Assembly: GCA_965240325.2 (NCBI GenBank)
Contig: OZ251245.1
Coordinates: 620,001-684,000, forward strand
DNA: 64,000 nt
Direction of reading: 5' to 3'
From: Rebecca billardiae RCC1528
Lineage: Eukaryota > Protista > Haptophyta
Part shown: piece by piece, positions 1 through 9,606 of the stretch
Position numbering within the stretch: position 1 is the stretch's first letter
Layout: every line of letters begins with the position of its first letter
Made by a program: the position numbers and the translations under genes
The notes under the pieces: generated by a model
What the model was told of the DNA's origin: nothing
What the model saw: only the letters and a program-made list of their open reading frames with translations
Database searches by the model: none

Positions 1-745
1 TCGGCTGGCTCCCACGCCCCTTTCAGCCCAGCTTGTAGCACAGCGCGCCGCTGATTTTCGGCGGAGCCTCGTGTGCTGTGCTACAGGGCATACCCAATCA
101 GCAGGAGTGGGCCGCTGATGGCAGGCTAGGTGCATCACTGGTGCACTGTGGTTGGTGCCGCATTGGCCCCGAGTCCCCGCGACCACCACCCGCAGACAGA
201 CAGACAGAGAGACGGATGTCGGGCCTGCGCACTGAAACCGCATGCACTGCTCACGCCAGGCTGTACTGCTAGGCTGGCTGCTAGGCAGTATCAAAGGCCA
301 TCCATCAGCTGCAGCGCCAGGGCCCGCGCGCTATTATACCGAGCTGCTACACTCCCGCAGCCAGCCAGCCCACCGGGCCACGCCCACGGCCACGGCCTGC
401 GGCAGTGGGCGGGGGTGAACTTTCCGCATCTCTGCCTCGGCCCTCGTGGTAGTCCTAAGCGGCACCCCGGCGCGCTGCTGAGCACCTGTCAGCCGGTTGT
501 GCACCTGCAGTCCTGCACTCAATTTATCTGACTGACTCAGCCCACGACACCCGCGCGCCCAGCTCATACCTGACGCACCCGGTATGAGGGCGGTCAATGT
601 AAGGGCTATAGGTGCAGTAACAGATATACACGGATAGCATCTATCATAGCAGGCAGCATGTGAGCAGTGGGCCTACGAAACAGCATCGTCAGTTCGGATG
701 ACTGAGCTGGTACTAGACAGCAGCCAAACTCAAGCGGGTAACCAA
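1..745. repeat. Dispersed repeat family A, copy 1 (degenerate; probably runs off the window start)
   Basis: Collinear with 30930-31570 in the same orientation, e.g. tttcagcccag, gattttcggcggagcct, acagggcatacc, ggcaggctaggtgcatc, gccggttgtgcacctgca, ctgactcagcccac. Many small indels between the copies. Confidence 0.85.
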
Positions 746-1448
746 TTGCTGTTGAGAGCACTGCTGTATATATATCATATATCGCGCGATATCAATATAT
801 ATATCTAAATCCGGCTGCCAGCACCTGCACCTTGCTAGTTGCGCTGCGGCTGGCCGCCTCTCGGCCGACGCTCACTCAGTCCCGTGACTCTAGTCATCGT
901 CACTAGTTTCGCCTCGTCGACTCGGTCGATCGAGTCTGCTCGCTCTCGGCGTCTCGCTCTGCTCTTGCCTCTTCCGGACCCTAGTGCATCACTGGTCTGC
1001 TGGCCGACGACCCGCCCCGGATGCCCTCCGCCGCTCAGGTCCAGGACGACTGGACGTTGAGGACGTCGTCGCGTCTTCTTTTTTTTCGTCTGCTCACTGC
1101 TGGCGACGTCGGTCGTCCGTCCTCCGCCTCAGGCCTCAGCGGCTAGACGGAGAGTGCCCGAGTCGTCCGAGCCAGTCGGGCCCCGCGTCGTGTAGCTGGC
1201 CGCCATTGCTCGGCATGCCGCGAGTGTCGGCATCATCATATCCGCCCGCTGCCCGCCGTGGTGCCGTGCCCGTGGCATGCATCAGTAAATATTCAGTTCC
1301 GCCGATGAACTCTCTCTCTCTCTGCTGTGAGCGACTGGCCCTGCGCCCGGCCGGGCCGCGCGCCGTGGTAACCGTGCTCGGATCAGGTGGTGCATAACGA
1401 CGATGCCAAGCAGAAACATAGCACCAGAGCCCACGCATGCCTGCGCAG

Positions 1449-2096
1449 TCATAGCTTCGAGCGCACCTCCGGCATCGCGCTCGGGCCGGCCTGTGCACGA
1501 TTGAGCGAGCCGATGGCCCCTGCGCGCGCGGGGCGGTAGCACGCGTACTGCCGCTGCTGCTCCGCACTCATGCCGAGCCACAGCTCGACGGTGCGCTCCT
1601 CCTCGGCGACCAGGTGCCGGCGCATGAGCGAGTCCAGCTCCAGCACGAGTGCGCGCAGCTCTCGCGCGCTCCGGCTCGCCACCGCGTCGATGACGTCGCC
1701 ATCCCCGGCGCCGTGCGCAGCCAGCGCGTCCAGCGTGGTGCGCACGCGGTCGACCACGGCGTCCAGCGCGCCGTGCTCCTGCTCGTACTGCTCTCGAGCC
1801 CCGCGGAACTCGGTGGGGAACGTCGCCTCGAGGAACGGGAAGAGCTTCGTGTCCTCGAGCGTCGAGTGCGCGTCGAGCAGGAGGTCCATGTCCTCGAACG
1901 CCTGGCGCAGCCGCGAGAGCGCGCCGCGCACCTCTTGCGCGGGCGTCTGCGGCGTGGCCGAGGCGAGTGTCAGAGACACAGCCCGCAGCGATTGGATGTG
2001 TGCGCAGAAGGCCGCATGGCTGTCCAACCACGCTCGAACACGGTCGTACTGTGGGTGCGCGCGCCACCTTGACAACACGTGCTCAGCGCTCGCCAT
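1449..2096 (-). CDS. Hemerythrin/HHE cation-binding domain protein
   Basis: Helical 215-aa ORF with HxxxE motifs typical of the hemerythrin-like fold: DAHSTLEDTKLFPFL, EQEHGAL, RRHLVAEEE. Confidence 0.75.
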   Translation of the reverse strand: MASAEHVLSRWRAHPQYDRVRAWLDSHAAFCAHIQSLRAVSLTLASATPQTPAQEVRGALSRLRQAFEDMDLLLDAHSTLEDTKLFPFLEATFPTEFRGAREQYEQEHGALDAVVDRVRTTLDALAAHGAGDGDVIDAVASRSARELRALVLELDSLMRRHLVAEEERTVELWLGMSAEQQRQYACYRPARAGAIGSLNRAQAGPSAMPEVRSKL

Positions 2097-2194
2097 GGAC
2101 GTGAAGAGACGGCTTCGCAGCTTCGCGAGATGTGCGATCTTCCAGAGTTCAGACTGCTCTCAATCATCTCCGGGGTTTCTCGGCAAGTGGCAGT

Positions 2195-3271
2195 ATGGCG
2201 GCGCCAGCGAACGGTGGGCGCTGGCTGCCTCCCTCATGGTGCAAGCTGCCGGTCGCCCGCCCAGACGTGCGGCTGGACGTGGTGGGCACGAACGGGCTGG
2301 TGCGCGCCGTGGCGTTGGCGAGCGTGCCGTACATCATCCTCGGCCGGCAGGCCAGTGTGTGCGACGTGCAGGTGGCGGACGCGCTCGCCTCGCGCCAGCA
2401 CGCGGCCATCGTGCACTCGTCGAGCGCGACGTTCGTCTTCGACCTCAAGTCGCTGCAGGGCACGTTCGTCGATGGCGTCCGAGTCGACCCGGCCACGCCC
2501 ATCCGCGCGCGCGAAGGCTCGGTCATCCGCATCGGCCACGCATCGCAGCACTTTGTCCTCCGCGGCGTGCTGCCGCGCGAAGCGAGCGCGGCGGCGGCGC
2601 CAGCCGTGGCCGGCCGCAAGCGATCGCGCTGGGAGGGCCGGGCAGACGGTGCCGCCGTGGGCGCGCCGGCGGCGGGCGACGCGCAGCCGGATCCGCCTGG
2701 CCCACCCGCCGCCGAGCCAGCACCGCCAGAGCCGGCGATGACGGCCGGCGCGTTTGAGGGCCTGGTGCAGTCCACGCTCATCCCTCACGACGGCCGTGGC
2801 GCGCGCGGCGGGCAGGCTGCCGCGCGCGCGGCCGCGGCCGAGGGTGCGTGCGGCTCGCGGGCGGGCGCGCCTGCCGAGGAGGCAGGCAGCCCGGCTGGCA
2901 GCACGCCGAGCGGGACGCCTGCCAAGTCCGGTGGGAAGTCCGGTGGGAAGTCCGGCGGATCCGGACTCACCAACGAGGCGCTCCGTGCGCAGATGAGCAG
3001 CGTGCTGAGCGCTCCGCCGCTGCTGGCCGTCGGGAGTGCGGCGGCTGCTGGTGACAGTGCCGCGCCGGACGCCCCAACGCGTCTCCCTGCGGTCGTGCCC
3101 TCGCGGGGGCCGGGCGCCGCGGGAAGCAGCGCTGCAGCTGCCGCGCGGGCCCCGGCGCGCCCATCGCAGCCCCGCCCGTCCAGCTCGTCGCCGCGCGGCG
3201 GTGGTGGGCGCCGCGGCAGCCGTGATGGCGACGGCGAGGAGGAGGAGGTGCTCGTGCTTCGGAAGGCATGA
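2195..3271 (+). CDS. FHA-domain protein (NIPP1/kanadaptin-like N-terminus) with low-complexity tail
   Basis: PPSW motif, then FHA signatures ILGRQ, ASRQHAAI, FDLKSLQGTFVDG, GSVIRIG. ATG at 2195 in the 2132-3271 ORF. Confidence 0.8.
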   Translation: MAAPANGGRWLPPSWCKLPVARPDVRLDVVGTNGLVRAVALASVPYIILGRQASVCDVQVADALASRQHAAIVHSSSATFVFDLKSLQGTFVDGVRVDPATPIRAREGSVIRIGHASQHFVLRGVLPREASAAAAPAVAGRKRSRWEGRADGAAVGAPAAGDAQPDPPGPPAAEPAPPEPAMTAGAFEGLVQSTLIPHDGRGARGGQAAARAAAAEGACGSRAGAPAEEAGSPAGSTPSGTPAKSGGKSGGKSGGSGLTNEALRAQMSSVLSAPPLLAVGSAAAAGDSAAPDAPTRLPAVVPSRGPGAAGSSAAAAARAPARPSQPRPSSSSPRGGGGRRGSRDGDGEEEEVLVLRKA

Positions 3272-3552
3272 GCCCTGCCGCCGTCCTCGGTCGGCTGGCC
3301 GCTGGCCGTGATGCGCGGACGATGCGCGCACGTCTGGCAGAATTTCGACGCCTTGGTTTTGACGACGACATGTTTTTCGTCGTTATTGATGCGCGATAAA
3401 TGAAAAACACCGGACTCACCGGACGTTCGTGACCGCCATCGTGTGAATCCATCTTTTTCCGCGGAGAAGCGCGGCCATTTTCCAGTTTTTCTCCGCGCGT
3501 GCGCGCAGCCATCCCGGGGCACGTGTCGCGGGCGCACGCACAGCTTGCCACC

Positions 3553-4620
3553 ATGAAGGCACGCCGCTGCGCCGACCAGCGCTGGCGCTGCACTCGCGAG
3601 CTGGGGCCCAGCTGAACGCGTGGCGGTCAGCGTATCGAGCGCAATCAGCACGCTCGGGCTGACGCGCCTTCCCCGCGCCCGTCGCGCCGCACCTGCACCT
3701 CGTCGCCGTGCGCCGCCTGCGCGCGCGCTGCCTATGGCCGCAGGTCAACTTGGCCAACCCGGCGACGGGATGCCAGAAGATGATCGAGATTGAGGATGAC
3801 AAGAAGCTGTGCGTGCGCACGCGTGCCGAGCAGGCCCCTGCGCCGCCCGGCTGCCTGCACGGCCGCGCGGGCCCATTGTCGTGGCGCGGCGCCGAGCCCG
3901 TGGGCTCACGGCTCCCGCCCGGCGTCGCGCTTGCGTGCGCCGCGCAGTGGCGTGTTCATGGAGAAGCGGCTCGCGGCGGAGGTGGAGGCGGATGCGCTGG
4001 GCGACGAGTTCAAGGGCTACGTGCTCAAGATCATGGGCGGGCAGGACAAGCAGGGCTTCCCCATGAAGCAGGGCGTCCTTACGAAGGACCGTGTGCGGCT
4101 GATGATGGCCAAGGGTGACCAGTGCTGCCGCGGCTATGGCATGCGCAAGGGCGAGCGGTACCGCAAGTCGGTGCGCGGCTGCATCGTCGGGCACAACATC
4201 GCGGTGCTGCACTGCATCATCGCCAAGAAGGGCGCCGAGGACATCCCCGGCCTCACCGACACCTCGATCCCGCGCCGGCTCGGCCCGAAGCGCGCGTCGA
4301 AGCTCCGCAAGCTCTTCAACCTCTCCAAGGAGGACGACGTGCGCAAGTTCGTGATCCGGCGCGAGATCCCGGGGAAGGAGGAGGGCGCGCCGCGGCGCGA
4401 CTCGAAGGCGCCCAAGATCCAGCGCCTCGTCACGCCCATCACGCTGCAGCGCAAGCGCCACCGCCTCTCCATCAAGAAGAAGCGCCAGCTGAACGCCAAG
4501 CTCGAGGCGCAGGAGTACGCCAAGCTGCTCGCCGTGCGCGCCAAGGAGGCCAAGGAGAAGAAGGCGGAGAAGATGTCGCAGAGGCGGTCGCAGCGCGAGT
4601 CGGCGCGCTCGGACAAGTAA
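3553..4620 (+). CDS. RPS6: 40S ribosomal protein S6 (exons 3553-3558, 3744-3808, 3948-4620)
   Basis: Spliced product [36 protein letters not shown]...[15 protein letters not shown]...RKSVRGCIV...[25 protein letters not shown]...[10 protein letters not shown]. Intron 1 is GC-AG and intron 2 is GT-AG. Confidence 0.97.
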
Positions 4621-5053
4621 GCGCGGCGCACCCGCGCGCTCCCGGGCCCGCTCCATCGGATGCTGCTGACGCCGGAGACTGACAGACGCCGCCTGGAGCC
4701 GCGACCTGTCTGACGCGGACGGATTGATGACGCCGGTCTCGCTCCGTCACCGCGCCGGCAACGGCGCGGGGCTGTCCTGCAGCCTGCAGCCTGCGAGGAC
4801 GATGAAAGTGGCACGCACTGCGCGGTTCGCAGCCGCCTGAGTACGGACGACGACGCGGTCGCGGTCTAGTATAACGTATACAGAGGAGTCGTCGCAGCAC
4901 GACACCGTCTACTCCATAGTAACTCGTCAGTCGTCTCCATCCAACTATCTCCACTCTTATGGCCGCCAGTAATGTCGGTTCAATTAGTAGTGAATAACGT
5001 GATGATAGCTCCTTATTGCCCGCGATTGCCTGTACTGATCGTAGTCATCGATA

Positions 5054-6220
5054 TTATATCGGGCTCGGCGACCGCGGGCTCCGCCGCCGGCCTGATGAGT
5101 CGGCCGCGGCTGATGCTGAGCCTGCGCCGCTGCCACGGCCCACGTATCGCTCGATGTTTTGCGACGCGTTGCTCGTCGTCATGAGCAGCGCGCGCACGAG
5201 CGCAACGTTGTTCGCCAGCGAGGAGACCGGCACCCCGATGAACGCGCGCGCGCGCAGCAGCAGCAGCATGTCGACGACCACATCCTGCGCGCGCGCAAAG
5301 TCCAGCCGGCGCGCTCGGCCGCGCGTCACGTTGCGCTCGAGCACGCGCCAGCGCCGGCCGAGCGCGCGCACGCGCTCCGGCTGCGCGCCGTCGTGCGCGA
5401 GGTAGAGCGGCAGCGCACGCACGGCGTCGTCGGCGGCGCGCGCGGCCTCCGAGCGCAGGAAAGCGTCGACGTACTCCTCGCTCATCCGGCACACGTCCCC
5501 AGGGCCGAAGGCGCCCGCCGCCGACTCGGAGTCCGCCGAGCCGCCTCCGGCGCGCGGCGCACCGCCGTGGGGCGCAGCTCGCGCCAGCGGACGCGTGCGC
5601 GGCATGCCATCGTGCCGGCGCATCTTCGCCTCGCACTCGCCGTCGAGCGCGCGGAGGTGGACGCCCACGTACGGCAGGCCGGACGCGACGCGCTGCTCGA
5701 AGTCGCCCACGCGCTCGCGCACGGCGGCCGATGGGCGGCGGAGGATGGCTCCCAGCACGCGTGCGGCAAACCAGCCGCCCGCCTCGCGCATGCGCGCGTG
5801 CTCGGCTTCGAAGAGCTGCTGCGCGCGCAGCTTGCGCACGCGGTAGCCGCGGCGCTTGACCTCGCCCGTCTTGTTGAAGGCGCAAACCCACGAGTGCAGC
5901 GCGCCGTCCAGCTCCAGGTGCGCGCCGGCGAACCTCCGCCAGCGCTGCGGCACGACGATTGCACCGGCCGTCGTCGCGTTGTGCACCGCCAGGCGCGCCA
6001 GGCCGACGATCTGGCGCAGCACGTTGTTGAGCTGGCCGTAGGCGCCGTCGAGCGCGTACACCGTCGCCGAGCGCTCGAGCGCGTCGCACGCCCACGCCGC
6101 GGCGGCGGGCGCGGCGGGCGGAGCGGAGTCGGAGCGCTGCTCCCACCAGCGCGGCGGCAGCTCCGGGGGATCCCATCCAATGCGCGCAGCGGTGGCAGCG
6201 CAGAGCAGCAGCAGCCGCAT
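5054..6220 (-). CDS. GDP-fucose-dependent (O-)fucosyltransferase family protein
   Basis: Signal peptide MRLLLLCAATAA. Motifs GQLNNVLRQI, YVGVHLR, LYLAHD and VVDMLLLLRARAFIGVPVSSLA match POFUT/NodZ-type GT-B fucosyltransferases. Confidence 0.8.
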   Translation of the reverse strand: MRLLLLCAATAARIGWDPPELPPRWWEQRSDSAPPAAPAAAAWACDALERSATVYALDGAYGQLNNVLRQIVGLARLAVHNATTAGAIVVPQRWRRFAGAHLELDGALHSWVCAFNKTGEVKRRGYRVRKLRAQQLFEAEHARMREAGGWFAARVLGAILRRPSAAVRERVGDFEQRVASGLPYVGVHLRALDGECEAKMRRHDGMPRTRPLARAAPHGGAPRAGGGSADSESAAGAFGPGDVCRMSEEYVDAFLRSEAARAADDAVRALPLYLAHDGAQPERVRALGRRWRVLERNVTRGRARRLDFARAQDVVVDMLLLLRARAFIGVPVSSLANNVALVRALLMTTSNASQNIERYVGRGSGAGSASAAADSSGRRRSPRSPSPI

Positions 6221-6401
6221 CGGGGGACGGAGGGCACGCCGGGGCGCGTGGGCTACGCGCCCGGGGGCGCGCAGCGGCCGAGGTGCCACGCCGCGCGCAC
6301 GTCGGCCGCAGCCGCGGCCGCACGAAGGCGGCGCTGCGGAAGGTGCGACAACTCACAACTTGGGCCGGTGTGTTCGGCACTGGCCACTGGGGGCAAGGAC
6401 A

Positions 6402-9400
6402 GAGGCCACTCCACCGAAATCGTGCCCGTCCCGGGCTAGCCGCTCCACTGGCGTCCCGGGCTAGGCCCGGGACGCTCCGAGCGCGTCCCGGGCTAGCTGG
6501 CGCAGCGCGAGATAGTATTGAGCTCATAGGCGATGCCGCCGCGCCGCGTGCGCGCGCTCCGTCTCGCGCTGGCTGTGGCCGGGAGCGCGCGCGGCAAGCC
6601 GGCGCGTGCGGTCGGGCACCGGCGCTGAGGTATAGTGTGCCCATCCGCGCCCTCGGCTTGTGTCTGCGCGCCCTCCTCCGCCGCTGCGGGGCGCGCGTGT
6701 GGTCGCGCTGCCTCGCTCTCTGGGCGCACCGAAAGCGCGAGCGCGCAACGGGTCACATGTGGCGTGTCGGACCCAACGCGTGCTCGCCTGGCGTGGGCTT
6801 TGGGTTCGTTATGGCCCTGGTCACGCGCGACGCCGGCCGTGCCCAGCCTTCTGACCGCGCGCAGCGCGCGTAGCACTGGCAGTCCCAGCTGCAGTCGAGC
6901 TGACCCGTCGGGGCTCGGCGGCACCCAGCCACTCGCAGGCGGCCGTGATCAGTCGACGCGTGAGTTAGACGGCGGCTACACACCAGGCAGGTCGCGCTCT
7001 GCCGCGTGCAGGGCGGTTGCACAGCCACAAGTGCCCCCGCGATCGCGGCGCGCTCGGGTACGAACAAGAGCGCAGTATTTTGTTGCATGCGCGCCGCCGG
7101 CAGGTGGCGAGCTGGGCCGTGCGGGTCGGTGTGGCTGGCGGGCGCGCTCGCGTGCGTGGCATGAGCGAGCGCGCCGCCGCCCTCGCCTGCCGCCCACGTC
7201 GCGCGCCGCGCGGCTGCGCGGCCGCGCGGCCTACGTCGCTTCGGCGCTCGCGCGGCCGGCAGCTCCCGTGGACATCGGACACAGTGGCTGCCGTGGGCCA
7301 GCTGAAGAGCTGGTCCTTACTAGTTCGCGAGCGGGGCGGCGGGTGAAGAGGTTGATGCCGGCGGTCTTGCGTCTATGAGTGCCCGCATGCCACGTGTCTG
7401 CTCGTATCTTGATGTCCGGCAGTGCTCACGGATTCTGGGGTGGTACAATAACAGCTCAGCAGGCTGACTGACTGTCGTCCGCGGCAAACCTCACCCTGCG
7501 GGCTCGGTAGATTGACAATGCCCATGGCTGGTCACAAATCACAGCATACGTGAGCAGAAGGTATGCGCACGCACCGAGATGTTGCGTCGCCCCTCTTGCC
7601 CGTGTTGCGGAGACCCAGTGGCGTACGGCAGCCTGCACTTGCGCCAGAGTCGGCCACAACCGAGGTGCGTAGCCCGAACGCTGCACACGCTCAGTGAGCG
7701 GCACCGCCTCGGCTTGCGAGCGGCTGCGTGCGCACGCATAAGACGACTGGATGCTGTCGCATAGGCACACGCCCTAAGCGAAGTGGGATGGTGCCTAAGG
7801 TGGCGTCAGTTGTGACGTTGGTACCTGCCACGGCCACGGCGTCCGTTGAATCGACGGAGGCAATGATGAAGAGCCCGGATGAAAGCGCTTTACTTAGGAG
7901 CGTCAAGCGAGTCCTGACTGAATATACAGCAGTCCCTAATGAGGCCTCGAATGCGCACATTCGTGCCGACTTGTCACGGGCTGGGGCTGCCGGAGCAGCA
8001 CCCATCTGGCGGGTTCGTGCGAGGATACACGCGTGGTGCGACGAAGCCATCACGCATCATCCACAAATCACGGCGCAACACGCAGCTCAGTGCACGGAGG
8101 TGCTCGGCTGCTGCCAAGTACGATACGCTAGCCAATGACAAGGCCGAGCCACGGCTACAGTATGCGCGCGCTGATGGGCAGGGCCTGGGGCTGTGCGTGA
8201 CAGGCCCGTCACCCGGTGTGAGCCAACTTCCGCTCATCTACGGTGGCCTCCGAACACTGGTACACCACGATGCAGCGCTGTTCCAGTCTCAGCTGACATG
8301 CTCTGGGCACGCACCCGGCCACCGCCAGCCAGAGCCAAAGTACACAGTAGCTGTGCTGTGCATCCATCTCGTCATGCGGTATTGCTCATGCCGCTGCTGC
8401 GCGCTCACGGCTTGATGACATGGCAACGGCAGTGACCATGCCCTACTTTGCAGCTGGCTGCTCCGTATGCCAAGGTGATGTATGAATACTGCAGCGTATT
8501 TGCCAGCCAAGCGCAGTGCCGCGCCCGTGCCGCCTTCCGGCCACGCTGCCGTCGGGAGCTGCCGGCCGCGCGAGCGCCGAAGCGACGTAGGCCGCGCAGC
8601 CGCGCGGCGCGCGACGTGGGCGGCAGGCGAGGGCGGCGGCGCGCTCGCTCATGCCACGCACGCGAGCGCGCCCGCCAGCCACACCGACCCGCACGGCCCA
8701 GCTCGCCACCTGCCGGCGGCGCGCATGCAACAAAATACTGCGCTCTTGTTCGTACCCGAGCGCGCCGCGATCGCGGGGGCACTTGTGGCTGTGCAACCGC
8801 CCTGCACGCGGCAGAGCGCGACCTGCCTGGTGTGTAGCCGCCGTCTAACTCACGCGTCGACTGATCACGGCCGCCTGCGAGTGGCTGGGTGCCGCCGAGC
8901 CCCGACGGGTCAGCTCGACTGCAGCTGGGACTGCCAGTGCTACGCGCGCTGCGCGCGGTCAGAAGGCTGGGCACGGCCGGCGTCGCGCGTGACCAGGGCC
9001 ATAACGAACCCAAAGCCCACGCCAGGCGAGCACGCGTTGGGTCCGACACGCCACATGTGACCCGTTGCGCGCTCGCGCTTTCGGTGCGCCCAGAGAGCGA
9101 GGCAGCGCGACCACACGCGCGCCCCGCAGCGGCGGAGGAGGGCGCGCAGACACAAGCCGAGGGCGCGGATGGGCACACTATACCTCAGCGCCGGTGCCCG
9201 ACCGCACGCGCCGGCTTGCCGCGCGCGCTCCCGGCCACAGCCAGCGCGAGACGGAGCGCGCGCACGCGGCGCGGCGGCATCGCCTATGAGCTCAATACTA
9301 TCTCGCGCTGCGCCAGCTAGCCCGGGACGCGCTCGGAGCGTCCCGGGCCTAGCCCGGGACGCCAGTGGAGCGGCTAGCCCGGGACGGGCACGATTTCGGT

Positions 9401-9411
9401 GGAGTGGCCTC
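6402..9411. mobile_element. Non-autonomous long-TIR DNA transposon (3010 bp; TIRs 6402-7268 and 8553-9411; 5-bp TSD GGACA)
   Basis: Starts GAGGCCACTCCACCGAAATCGTGC and ends GCACGATTTCGGTGGAGTGGCCTC. The arms are near-identical; the one clear difference is an 8-bp duplication in the left arm. GGACA at 6397-6401 and 9412-9416. Subterminal GTCCCGGGCTAG repeats. Confidence 0.93.
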
Positions 9412-9606
9412 GGACACCTGGGGGTGGGGCGGTGGGCAAGATGGCGGCGTGGTGAGCGGTCCTAGCGTATCGTCCTTGGCTTCCACAAGCCAAGACCGCG
9501 AGCGCCGGCGCGTGGAGGACCTGTCGCGCACGTCGCTGCTCGTCCTTGACCTCGGCCTCACGCCCGAGCGGGCGCAGCAGGTGCGCGGCGCGATCTGTCC
9601 ATCCAC

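Noticed and set aside
6493-9320. Duplicated ORFs (e.g. 6635-7378 and 8405-9178) in the ORF track
   Set aside because: They are mirror translations of the TIR arms, with no protein-like features.
6402-9411. Polinton/virophage interpretation of long TIRs with a 5-bp TSD
   Set aside because: The ends are GAG/CTC rather than AG/CT simple repeats, and there are no polymerase, integrase or capsid remnants.
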